Source: an uncultured Actinomycetota bacterium (GTDB lineage Bacteria > Actinomycetota > Actinomycetes > Mycobacteriales > Mycobacteriaceae). Taken from it: a stretch of DNA of 32,000 nt. Below the pieces are notes generated by a model. The model worked only from the letters and a program-made list of their open reading frames with translations. It made no database searches and was not told where the DNA came from. The position numbers were made by a program, and so were the translations under genes. The stretch covers positions 494,033 to 526,032 of the forward strand of contig CAWEIY010000002.1 in assembly GCA_963809285.1 (NCBI GenBank). Reading direction: 5' to 3'. Shown here piece after piece: positions 1 to 8,241 of this stretch; within the stretch, counting starts at the first letter, position 1, and each line of letters begins with the position of its first letter.

Positions 1-120
1 GTTCTGACCCCAAGGGGATCGCAAACCGTTGCGCGACGGACCAATAGGTGAGTTTCATTTGTGATAGCGCCGGTGATAGCGCAACTGACAGTCGCCTTAT
101 GACCCGCTCACGGTGCTCAC

Positions 121-444
121 GTGGCTCATGTGATTACTGGTACCGTCGATCGCCGCGGCCGTTCTACGGAAGTATCGACGGCCGTCGACGCCCGGCAGTA
201 CGCTGACGCAATGGCGCTGTTGCTGGCCGGGTTGATCGCGCTGGTGGTGACGGTCTGGGTGGTGATCGTCGGTAGCGTCTGCGTGGCCGTCGCGGTGCGC
301 ATGGTCGATCGGCGCGCCGAGCGCATCGAGGCCCGACGGCGGCGGCTGGCCGAGTTGGCCGCCCGCGCCGACGAACAGAATCGCCTTCTGATGCAGGGCG
401 ACGAGCGCGGCGTTTACGGCGAATTTCCACCCGCTGCAGCGTGA
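121..444 (+). CDS. hypothetical small membrane protein
   Basis: 107-aa ORF with GTG start and high GC3 codon bias. One hydrophobic segment (LLLAGLIALVVTVWVVIVGSVCVAVAV) is followed by an Arg/Glu-rich helix. No family recognised. Confidence 0.4.
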   Translation: MAHVITGTVDRRGRSTEVSTAVDARQYADAMALLLAGLIALVVTVWVVIVGSVCVAVAVRMVDRRAERIEARRRRLAELAARADEQNRLLMQGDERGVYGEFPPAAA

Positions 445-461
445 TTCGCGCCGACGGCGCC

Positions 462-2426
462 CTAGACGACCGGTGGGACCGGGCAGTGCACCACCCCGCA
501 CACCGTGCGGAGCAGCTCGGACTCCTCCTCGGTGACGACCTTGTCGGCCGTTATCGTCGTCACGACAGCGGTAACCAGGGTGGCCTTGTCGTTGCCTTCC
601 AGCCCGTCGATCACCGGCCACACCCGTTCGAGCGCAAACACGTCCTTGACCGGCAGGTACGGAATCCGCGCCTGGGGGTATGCGACCGAGATTCCCGCCT
701 GGAAGGCCGCGGCCGCGGCCGACGGGTCGCTGTTACCGGCCTGCGCCAGCACAGCGATGAGGCAACAGATCGCGTTTTGGGCGCTGGCCAGGCTCTGGCG
801 CGTGCTCTTCCACGGTGATGTTGACGTCAGAGCCTCGTTCAGGCCAACGAAAACGAGTGTGCCAAGACAGTATTCGAAGATATCGATCTGACCGTCGGCG
901 TTGATCAGTTCGCCGAGAACCGTTGTCATCACTCGCGTCTGGGCCTCGGGACAACCACGCAGAGCGGGGAACGCGATGGAGGCGAGGGGCAGTCGCAGGC
1001 TGGGGTCAAGGTGCGCCAGCTTTCCGGCAGATAGCCATGACTCGTCGGCCAACGGCTTGCCGTGATACCGGGCGACAATCCAGTACTGGGCCTGCCGGAC
1101 ATTCTGGTTGCGATCGAAGATGAGCCCGTAGATCAGCGGAACCGCAGTGGCGGGATTGTGGGCGAGGTCGGTGAGGTTCTGCGGTATCTCTTTGCGGATG
1201 CGCACCCCCGCCTGGTAGGACGCGGCGGTCGGATTGCCCACCGTCGCTGCGTAATCGCGGGCATCGGGACGGGGTTGGGCAGCTTGCTGTGCCGGGGGGC
1301 CGGGTTGGGCAGCTTGCTGTGCCGGAGCCGCAGCTTGCTGGGCCGGAGCGCCCGCCAAGCCCATCCGGGCGTCCTCTTCCAATCCGTTAGGCGGCTGATA
1401 GTGCCAACGCTTCCGCAGTTCGTCGAGGTTGCCCGGTTTGAAGCCCGGCTCGAGCGCCTGGATGCGCTTGATGAGCGGCGGGTGAGTCGCGTACAGCGAA
1501 GAAAAGAAACTGGACACAGACACGCCCTCGCCGAACAGCATGTGGCTCACGTTTTCGGTCTTGGGGCTGCGCAACCCGGAGCCGGCCTCGAGCCCACCGA
1601 TCTTCTTCAGCGCGCCCGTCAGCCCGCTCGTCTGCCGCGTGAACTGCACCGCCGACGCATCGGCCAGGGACTCCCGCTGACGACCGACGGCCGCCTTGAT
1701 CAGCCGCCCGAAGAAGATTCCGATCCAGCCCGCCGCCAGCACGAAGAATCCCACCGCCGCCACCCAGAGGCCGAAGCCCTCATCGTCGTCGCTGCCGCGG
1801 CCGCCGCTGAAGTACATCACCGTCCGGCCGATCACCGCCAACGCGGTGATGCCGGCAAGCACCCCGATGAGGCGCAGGCTCAACCGCATATCGCCGTTCA
1901 CGATGTGGCTGAACTCGTGTGCGATCACGCCCTGGAGTTCCTCGCGGTTGAGCCGGTCGAGCGAGCCCTGGGTGACGCACACGGCCGCATCCGCCGGCGT
2001 GTATCCGGCGGCGAACGCGTTGATCCCCGCTTCCTTTGGCAGGTAATACAGCACCGGCACCGGTGTGCTCGACGCGATCGCGATTTCTTCGACGACGTTG
2101 CGATACCGCTTGAGCTGAAGGTCCGTTGGATTGTCCGGTATGCGTACCGCACCCAGGCTCTCGGCAACCCTGACCCCGCCGCCCTGGCGCAGCGACAGCG
2201 TCTTGACGATCGACACGCCGGCGATCATCAGCAGCACAACGCCACTCACCACCACCGTTAGCGCGATCACTTGCTGCGGCGTCAGCGGCTCCCGTTTCGC
2301 GAGCACCATTGCCGTGATGGCGATGAAATCCACCATCGAGGTAATTGCGAGTACGGCCAAGACGAAAAGGAACACCAGCCTTTTCGACGCCGCACGTACG
2401 TGCCGCTGGCGGTCGAAGAAATCCAT
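462..2426 (-). CDS. M48-family zinc metalloprotease with a long C-terminal extension
   Basis: 654-aa ORF with ATG start. N-terminal TM segments are followed by the HEXXH zinc motif (VIAHEFSHIVNGD) and further TM segments, as in HtpX/Ste24-type peptidases. A Pro/Ala/Gln linker leads to a ~280-aa C-terminal region. The gene lies 20 bp downstream of lemA on the same strand. Confidence 0.85.
   Translation of the reverse strand: MDFFDRQRHVRAASKRLVFLFVLAVLAITSMVDFIAITAMVLAKREPLTPQQVIALTVVVSGVVLLMIAGVSIVKTLSLRQGGGVRVAESLGAVRIPDNPTDLQLKRYRNVVEEIAIASSTPVPVLYYLPKEAGINAFAAGYTPADAAVCVTQGSLDRLNREELQGVIAHEFSHIVNGDMRLSLRLIGVLAGITALAVIGRTVMYFSGGRGSDDDEGFGLWVAAVGFFVLAAGWIGIFFGRLIKAAVGRQRESLADASAVQFTRQTSGLTGALKKIGGLEAGSGLRSPKTENVSHMLFGEGVSVSSFFSSLYATHPPLIKRIQALEPGFKPGNLDELRKRWHYQPPNGLEEDARMGLAGAPAQQAAAPAQQAAQPGPPAQQAAQPRPDARDYAATVGNPTAASYQAGVRIRKEIPQNLTDLAHNPATAVPLIYGLIFDRNQNVRQAQYWIVARYHGKPLADESWLSAGKLAHLDPSLRLPLASIAFPALRGCPEAQTRVMTTVLGELINADGQIDIFEYCLGTLVFVGLNEALTSTSPWKSTRQSLASAQNAICCLIAVLAQAGNSDPSAAAAAFQAGISVAYPQARIPYLPVKDVFALERVWPVIDGLEGNDKATLVTAVVTTITADKVVTEEESELLRTVCGVVHCPVPPVV
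1272..1346. repeat. in-frame 30-bp tandem repeat inside the M48 protease gene
   Basis: gggttgggcagcttgctgtgccgg occurs at 1272-1295 and again at 1302-1325, with a partial third unit at 1330-1346. On the minus strand it encodes the reiterated PAQQAAQP linker. Confidence 0.8.
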
Positions 2427-2446
2427 GGGCCCGGATCAGGCGCGGA

Positions 2447-3094
2447 TCAGAACTGAACGCGCGGAGCTTCGCGCGCCTCCGGAGCGGCTGCCTCAAGCGG
2501 TGCTGCCGCGGTGAAGCCGAACATGCCCGCGAACAGGGCGGCCGGGAACACCTCGCGCTTGTTGTTGTAATTCATGACCGTGTCGTTGTAGGCCTGGCGG
2601 GCGAAAGCAACACGGTTCTCAGTCGAGGTGAGTTCCTCCGAGAGTTGCATCATGTTCTGGTTGGCCTTGAGGTCTGGATATGCCTCACGCAGCGCGAACA
2701 GCTTGCCGAGAGCTCCAGTCAGCGCGCCTTCCGATGCCGACAGCTGACCCATGGCGGCGGGGTCACCCGGGTTGGCGGCGGCGGCGGTCCGTGCGGTGAC
2801 CGCGGAGTTGCGTGCCTGAACGACCGCTTCAAGGGTGCCGCGCTCGTGGGCCATGTAGGCCTTGGCGGTTTCGACGAGGTTCGGGATCAGGTCGTGACGC
2901 CGGGTCAGCTGGACGTCGATCTGCGCGAAGGCGTTCTTGTAGCCGTTCCGCGCACGGACGAGCGAGTTGTAGACGCTGAACGCAAAGAACGCGAAGAACA
3001 ACAGGATCACCAGGACTACGGCGACCACAACAATGCTTATGACCACTTGTTCCGCCTTTGCTGTTGGTACGGACAGTTCTCGCCATGGTGCCAC
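2447..3094 (-). CDS. lemA: LemA family membrane protein
   Basis: 215-aa ORF with GTG start and an N-terminal TM helix. It shows the LemA-type pattern YNSLVRARNGYKNAFAQIDVQLTRRHDLIPNLVETAK. It sits immediately upstream of the M48 protease on the same strand. Confidence 0.85.
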   Translation of the reverse strand: MAPWRELSVPTAKAEQVVISIVVVAVVLVILLFFAFFAFSVYNSLVRARNGYKNAFAQIDVQLTRRHDLIPNLVETAKAYMAHERGTLEAVVQARNSAVTARTAAAANPGDPAAMGQLSASEGALTGALGKLFALREAYPDLKANQNMMQLSEELTSTENRVAFARQAYNDTVMNYNNKREVFPAALFAGMFGFTAAAPLEAAAPEAREAPRVQF

Positions 3095-3261
3095 AATTGT
3101 CCGAAGTCGATGGCGACTAGTGCCACCCGACGGCTGGTTGGGCTCGCGTACCGGGTAGTTAGCCGCGAGACACCCCCGTCATCGGCGAACGCGGCATCAA
3201 GTGCCTGATCTCACCGCCAGGGTGAAGTGCCGTTGGTGACGTGTGGAGCTAATCTCCGCGC

Positions 3262-3450
3262 GTGCGCAACATCCAGACCATCGACGGGGAACTCCGGCTA
3301 CTGGTCGCGATTCGCCACATGGTCCGCGAGGCCGACGGTCGGTCGCCGAGTACCGCGCAGATAGACGGGTTGCTGGATGAGCGGGCGGCCGTAGCCGCAG
3401 CACGATGGTGGCCACGCTTGGAATCAGCCGAGCAGCCAGCTATGCGGTAG
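3262..3450 (+). CDS. small hypothetical protein, window-internal paralog family (copy A)
   Basis: 62-aa ORF with GTG start (VRNIQTIDGELRLLVAIRHMVREADGRSPSTAQIDGLLDER). It is clearly paralogous to 4286-4447 at both protein and DNA level, including about 45 bp upstream. Confidence 0.45.
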   Translation: MRNIQTIDGELRLLVAIRHMVREADGRSPSTAQIDGLLDERAAVAAARWWPRLESAEQPAMR

Positions 3451-3544
3451 CAGCGTTATCGCCGGCGTGGGAGAACCGGCGTGGGAGAAACAGCGACCGC
3501 GTGCCGGACGTGTGGCACCGAGCCCTCGAGAAGGCGCGGTTCTG

Positions 3545-3904
3545 TCAAGGACGTGGCTCACCGGTTGCCGAGCTCGCCGCTGATGATGTCATCCGGTTCT
3601 CGACCTTGAACGCTCCGGCGAAGCGAACCTCCAAAAGCTCGGTGAGGTCGCCCGCGGCGTGGCGGTCTTCGATAGCCGCCCGAAATCGGGCAGCCGTATC
3701 TGCAACGTCACCGGTCAGCGAGTAGATAGCCAGAAATCCCGGCTCGCCAGGTTCCGTGCTTCGGTAGAGCGTCGCTGTGTCGACGCCGTCCACGGCGAGA
3801 GCATTACGAAACTGGACCTCCGCGTACCAGGTCAAGAACTCCTCAACGCGCTCCTCGTCACGACAACTGGTGAGGGCAACGAAGATGCCATCGCCATCGC
3901 TCAT
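3545..3904 (-). CDS. hypothetical protein
   Basis: The track ORF is 3545-4024. I prefer the internal ATG at 3904 (MSDGDGIFVALTS...), which gives 119 aa, because the upstream 40 aa are Arg-rich junk. Coding-like GC3; no family recognised with confidence. Confidence 0.45.
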   Translation of the reverse strand: MSDGDGIFVALTSCRDEERVEEFLTWYAEVQFRNALAVDGVDTATLYRSTEPGEPGFLAIYSLTGDVADTAARFRAAIEDRHAAGDLTELLEVRFAGAFKVENRMTSSAASSATGEPRP

Positions 3905-4285
3905 TCGCTCTGCTCCCGTCGCTCCCAACAAATCTCGATGGGCGATCGAGACTCGACCGGTCGACGGCCGCTCTCCACCGCTTCGTGGTCCATCATGGCA
4001 GTGCTCGACGGACCGCCGACGCAATAACTGCTTGAGGCGACCTCAGTTCCAACGCAGCCCCAACTCGGCCAAGAGGGCATACTCGGCTGCGAATGGCTTC
4101 TTCGGTTTGCGCCTAACCGCCTTCGTAGTCAGGCTGCGGCTGCCGATGTACACCGGGACGAACAGTTCCCCCAGCAGTCGATCCGGTGCTCCAACTCCAC
4201 CAGGCGAGATGTTCAATCTGAACCTTTCCTCGTCCGGTCACGTGGGTGAAGTGTGAATAACAGTGCGCGGCCTCAAGCTCCGCGC

Positions 4286-4447
4286 ATGCGCGACCTCGAG
4301 ACCATCGACGCCGAACTACGGCTAGTAGTCGGGGCGTGGCGCCTAGCTCGGGTGTTGAACGACCGGACACCGAGCACTGCGGACATAGACGAGCTGCTGG
4401 ACGAGCGCTCGGCAGCCCTCAGCCGCATTGAGGTCCATTCGGCCTAG
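4286..4447 (+). CDS. small hypothetical protein, window-internal paralog family (copy B)
   Basis: MRDLETIDAELRLVVGAWRLARVLNDRTPSTADIDELLDER. The ATG at 4286 aligns with the start of copy A; the track start at 4253 is probably too far upstream. Confidence 0.45.
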   Translation: MRDLETIDAELRLVVGAWRLARVLNDRTPSTADIDELLDERSAALSRIEVHSA

Positions 4448-4710
4448 GGAGTGTGCCCGGCAAAGACGCCGAGTATCCGAACAGATGGGCTTTGCCTGGG
4501 GGTGGTTCCCCAGCCTCACATGGGTGGCATGGCACAGCACAAGTTCGACGCAAAGTAACAACCAACAAATCAGGAGACAACAATGTACGGAATCGATCTC
4601 GACCCGCAAACCACATCCGACTATTGGGCATACTACTTGCGCGTCATGAAGGAGGCGAAGACGCATTGAGCGCCCGTTCGACCTGGCATGGTTGATAACG
4701 AGACCAAGGG

Positions 4711-5178
4711 CTATGGGGCCATGCCGGAGTCGATCCAGCGTTGGAAGACGTTTATCTTTTCGGCGCTCCAGGCGCCGTCACAGGGCATCGACCCATCGCG
4801 AAGGCGTTCGACGATGGCCGCCGCGTGGGACTTGACGTCGGTGTAGGACCACAGGTCGAACGCCCACTTCATCGACTCACGGTCATCTTGCCGGAACAGC
4901 GGTTTGATGTTGCGCTCGAACACGACCGGCTCGCCTGCGCCTGGTAGTGGCACAGGCGGCGCGGTCGACGATTCGGTGTGACTCGTGCCGGGAGGAGGGG
5001 ACGCTGGTGTCCCGTGCCCCACTATTCCGGGAGTGGTGCTGGCTTGTGAACCGAAGTTGATCGACGGGTGCTGCTCAGATGTCGGGGCGGAACTCGAGCA
5101 GCCGGAGACCAACGCGACAGCCGCCGCCGTCGCGGCCACGGCCGGCAGCGCGGTGAGCGAGCGATGGGGCTGAGGCAT
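4711..5178 (-). CDS. putative lipoprotein
   Basis: 155-aa ORF with a signal peptide and lipobox (AAAVALVSGC). A Pro/Ser/Thr-rich linker is followed by a C-terminal domain containing FERNIKPLFRQDDRESM...MPCDGAW. A GGGAGG Shine-Dalgarno sequence lies about 12 nt upstream of the ATG. Confidence 0.7.
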   Translation of the reverse strand: MPQPHRSLTALPAVAATAAAVALVSGCSSSAPTSEQHPSINFGSQASTTPGIVGHGTPASPPPGTSHTESSTAPPVPLPGAGEPVVFERNIKPLFRQDDRESMKWAFDLWSYTDVKSHAAAIVERLRDGSMPCDGAWSAEKINVFQRWIDSGMAP

Positions 5179-5302
5179 GACGGTTGTAAGCCTCCCTGGT
5201 GGATAACGAGCCCGCGGATGCGAAGTACTCGCTTAGAGGTAGGGCGGCGAGTTACACCGGCCGCACCAACGCCGCGGCGTCTCACTTCTTGCCTCACAAC
5301 GT

Positions 5303-5398
5303 GCCAACGCCGAGAAGGGCATTCAGGCGGTCAAGAAAGCCGCTGCCTACGCGGCCGTTGTCGACCTGACCGAAGAGGGCGCGAAGAAATCAGGGTGA
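5303..5398 (+). pseudogene. C-terminal remnant of a YegP/DUF1508-like gene (copy A)
   Basis: Encodes ANAEKGIQAVKKAAAYAAVVDLTEEGAKKSG*. There is no start codon and no upstream homology in frame. It is about 80 percent identical to 9600-9680 by eye. Confidence 0.4.
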
Positions 5399-5399
5399 A

Positions 5400-5510
5400 G
5401 TGACGCCGGTCGCGCGCGGACATACCCCCGCACTGGCTGCGGACTGGGGTATCGAAGGCCTCGAGAAGGCGTTCGGCGGCAGGACGGTCTATGCGGGCTT
5501 GAGCGTAACG
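5400..5510 (+). pseudogene. possible 5' remnant of an ABC-transporter ATPase gene
   Basis: A GTG at 5400 begins 1 bp after the remnant stop codon. The translation ...IEGLEKAFGGRTVYAGLSV resembles the N-terminus of ABC ATPases, but no Walker A motif follows. It abuts the 3' end of the oxidoreductase gene. Confidence 0.3.
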
Positions 5511-5527
5511 TGCTGTGCCTGGGAGTG

Positions 5528-6490
5528 TTACGCCACGTTCAGCAGGATCTTGCCGCCACGGAGGAGATGCTGCACCGCGTCCTGGATGTGCTCGAGGGGG
5601 TACACGCCCGCCACGGGGACAACGAGGGCGCCGTCGGCCACCAGCGGTGCCGCCTCACGAATGACAGGCACCACCTTGTCGCGGTAGTCGAAGTCGCCGA
5701 CAAAGAATCCGCGGACGGTGAGGTGCTTGCCGACCAGTGTCGAGGTGTCGACCCACATGGGTTCGTCCCTGGCCCAGGAATAGCTGACCAACCATCCACC
5801 GTCGGACAGCAATTCGAGCAGCCGCGCCACCCCCGGACCACCGACGGCTTCCACTGCCAGCGCCACTCGCGCGTCGCCGATCACTGCACGAACATCGCCG
5901 ACCGCATCGGGGTCATCGACGTGGACCACGTCGGCCCCGGCTGCTGTGAGCTCGGCGAACGTTGCGTCGTCACGGACCAGGTTGATCGTCTTCAGTCCAC
6001 GAAGTTTGGCTAGCGCGATCAATGACCGTCCCACACCGGAGTTCGCGGCGTTCTGAACCACCCAGTCACCGGGCTGCAGGGGGGTGCATTCACTGAGCAT
6101 CAACCCTGCCGTCGGGGGGTTGCTGCCCAGCATCGAGTACTGCTCGATGTTGCCGCCGGCGGGGAGTGCGAACAGGCCGTCGGCGGGCACGACGAGCCGC
6201 TCACGCCACGCACCGGCATACAGGGGTAGCACGACCAGATCGCCGACTTGAAGTCCATCGACCTCGGCGCCAGTGGCAAGCACGCGGGCGACCCCCTCTG
6301 CGCCTGGTATGTGGGGCAGGGGTGGTCGCGCCAGCATGCCGCTGACAACCAGTAGGTCGTGTTTGTTCAACGGCGAGACCTCAACGCTCAACAGAACTTC
6401 ATGCGGACCCGGTGGCGGCGGCTCCTCGATGTCGACGACGCGGAGCACCTGCGCGGGGTCGCCGAACTGTTCCATCTGGATGGCGCGCAT
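5528..6490 (-). CDS. zinc-independent MDR-superfamily oxidoreductase (quinone oxidoreductase / enoyl reductase-like)
   Basis: The track ORF extends to 6535. I prefer the ATG at 6490 (MRAIQMEQFGDPAQVLRVV...), giving 320 aa. It has the GroES-like N-domain and a Rossmann motif region (AANSGVGRSLIALAKLRG) typical of QOR/ETR-type MDR enzymes. Confidence 0.85.
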   Translation of the reverse strand: MRAIQMEQFGDPAQVLRVVDIEEPPPPGPHEVLLSVEVSPLNKHDLLVVSGMLARPPLPHIPGAEGVARVLATGAEVDGLQVGDLVVLPLYAGAWRERLVVPADGLFALPAGGNIEQYSMLGSNPPTAGLMLSECTPLQPGDWVVQNAANSGVGRSLIALAKLRGLKTINLVRDDATFAELTAAGADVVHVDDPDAVGDVRAVIGDARVALAVEAVGGPGVARLLELLSDGGWLVSYSWARDEPMWVDTSTLVGKHLTVRGFFVGDFDYRDKVVPVIREAAPLVADGALVVPVAGVYPLEHIQDAVQHLLRGGKILLNVA

Positions 6491-6566
6491 ATCAATTCCT
6501 CTCGATCGAAAGGTCAGGCCGCTATGGAGGACCATCCGACTCCGCTGTGGTACGTAGCGTAAGGCA

Positions 6567-6906
6567 ATGAGTCTGAGCCGGAAGGTCTACGCGCCGCTCC
6601 CTCCCTACGCCGACGAACGGCGGTTCGCTGACGCGTGCTGCGACGAGCTTGCGCCGTACTTCCACATCGAGCGTGAGGTGCCGCTCACTCGCTGGACAAA
6701 GGTGACGCTGATCGTGGACGCAGTGATGCGGCCCCGCGATCCGACGCCATGGAAGGACGACCAGCCGATCTTCGCGGTCGAGTTCAGGAGCGTTCGAAAT
6801 CGACTGGCACGTTCGATACAGCCTGGGCGGCGCAGTCTGTCGACGGGTTTACAACCTGCGTACAACACAGGCGTTTCCAAACCGCTTATCAGGCGCATAT
6901 GTGCTA
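6567..6906 (+). pseudogene. possible gene remnant truncated at the tRNA fragment
   Basis: The first ~75 codons have coding-like GC3 (…IVDAVMRPRDPTPWKDDQPIFAVEFRS, faintly PD-(D/E)xK-like). Composition then degrades and the frame reads straight through the tRNA-Tyr fragment. Confidence 0.25.
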
Positions 6907-6965
6907 GTGGTGGCAGGTACTGGATTCGAACCAGTGAAGCTTTCGCGACGGATTTACAGTCCGCT
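6907..6965 (-). repeat. orphan 3' portion of tRNA-Tyr (distal att repeat)
   Basis: 59 bp identical to 14447-14505. It covers the tRNA from the anticodon stem-loop through the T arm, acceptor stem and CCA. No matching 5' half follows it. Confidence 0.9.
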
Positions 6966-7299
6966 GACACGCATTCGCCTGTGTTCGCTGGTGTTCAGTT
7001 TCACCGGGACTACCAGCGCTTTTTAGCCTCGGACGTTCACCGGTATTCGCGGGCGTCGGGCACGAGATGTGACACGCTCGTGACACCGAGAATTCTTCCC
7101 GCAAAATGCGGATGGCCCCGGCGGCGGCAGGCAGCGCCCCGGGGAATGGCCGACCAACAAGGAGTCGACATACGTCACAAGCGACCACCCGCGGCGCCGG
7201 GCCGAGGCTACGATCACATCGCTTAGAGCGATGCCGCAAATGGTGCCGCGTGAAGAGGAATACATGCCAGCTAAACCCAGGAAAATCACGCTCGCGGCG

Positions 7300-7647
7300 C
7301 TAGCCGTCTGCTCGATTCTTGCCGCCCTGCGCACGGCCGACGAACCGCCAGCCGCCCCCGACGGGGATGTTGCCCAGCTTCTTGACATCGACATGGATTA
7401 GGGCGCCGGGATGATCGTGTTCATAACGGCGAATCTGTTCACCGGTGCGGATGTCGATGTGCGACAACCGGTTGAGCCGGCACCGCACAAGCACCGCATG
7501 AACTGTCGAGGCCGCAACAGACAATCTGGAAGCGATCGCCAACGGCGATAGCCGATACCGCCATCGCAAGTGCACAATCCGTCGAACGACAACGCCTGGC
7601 GTGCGGTTGGGACTGTGGTGAGGTCGACTCGACCTATCCGACATCCC
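7300..7647 (-). mobile_element. IS481-family transposase internal fragment
   Basis: Translation DRSSRPHHSPNRTPGVVVRRIVHLRWRYRLSPLAIASRL...GEQIRRYEHDHPGALIHVDVKKLGNIPVGGGWR matches the region from the HTH to the first catalytic Asp of IS481-type DDE transposases. The N-terminal ~45 aa and the rest of the DDE domain are missing. Confidence 0.7.
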
Positions 7648-7656
7648 GGCCGCACC

Positions 7657-7716
7657 CATAGCCAAATCCGTTGCCGCCGAGGTCATCATCTCCGGCGCCG
7701 CGATCACATACGACAT
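7657..7716 (-). pseudogene. PE-family gene N-terminal stub fused in frame to the IS481 fragment
   Basis: MSYVIAAPEMMTSAATDLA resembles the canonical PE N-terminus (compare [19 protein letters not shown] at 10319 and MSNVMVAPEFVRQAAGQL at 13329). PE homology stops after about 20 codons. Confidence 0.55.
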
Positions 7717-7857
7717 GCACGTCCACCGCCTAACTAGCTAGCCCCTGGTTGTCACTAGCCCGGCGGTCCCTCCACCCGCATGGGTGTAAGGATCATAGAC
7801 AGTCTTGGGCTGTCCGTTACTGGCTTTTGTAAATAGTCGGCAGCCCCACCGCCGTGA

Positions 7858-7947
7858 CTGCGCGACATCGAGACCATCGATTCCGAGCTGCGATTGGTGG
7901 CGGCTCTTCGCTGCCCGCCCAGGCGGGGCCGCTCTACGGGCCGATGA
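7858..7947 (+). pseudogene. degenerate third copy of the small paralog family
   Basis: Encodes LRDIETIDSELRLVAALR. The start position is CTG and is directly preceded by an in-frame TGA. A premature stop follows, and the ADEGQEP stretch that weakly aligns with IDELLDER lies in another frame. Confidence 0.35.
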
Positions 7948-7950
7948 GGG

Positions 7951-8241
7951 TCAGGAACCGGCCTCTCCGAGCAGGCGTAGTTGGGCCGCTGCTATCAGTG
8001 CCTCGGCTTCTGCAATTACTGCTTCTGCCGCCGCCTTCGCTTCTGCCGCTGCCGCTGCCGCTGCTGCCTCGGCCTCTGCTTCCTCGGCGCGGCGCGCCGC
8101 GTCTCCGCGAGTCACCGCCAGCGCGTAAATCAACACCCCGGCGCAGGCTACGACGGACACCACCGGCCCCGCTGCGGCGGTGACGATGAACGCAAAGGAA
8201 AAGCTCAACACAATGAGCCAAATAAGCCTCCTCATCATCAT
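7951..8241 (-). CDS. hypothetical small membrane protein with Ala/Glu-rich tail
   Basis: 96-aa ORF with two hydrophobic segments followed by AEEAEAEAAAAAAAAEAKAAAEAVIAEAEALIAAAQ. Codon usage is AT-richer than neighbouring genes, so this could be a foreign gene or a spurious ORF. Confidence 0.35.
   Translation of the reverse strand: MMMRRLIWLIVLSFSFAFIVTAAAGPVVSVVACAGVLIYALAVTRGDAARRAEEAEAEAAAAAAAAEAKAAAEAVIAEAEALIAAAQLRLLGEAGS

Noticed and set aside
1062-2261. 399-aa plus-strand ORF
   Set aside because: It lies antisense to the M48 protease gene and is an Arg/His-rich wrong-frame product.
4043-4237. Stop-free minus-strand stretch ending ...RRKPKKPFAAEYALLAELGLRWN*
   Set aside because: It looks protein-like, but the only candidate start is a TTG (57 aa) and I recognise no family. 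It is possibly a gene remnant and is not reported as a feature.
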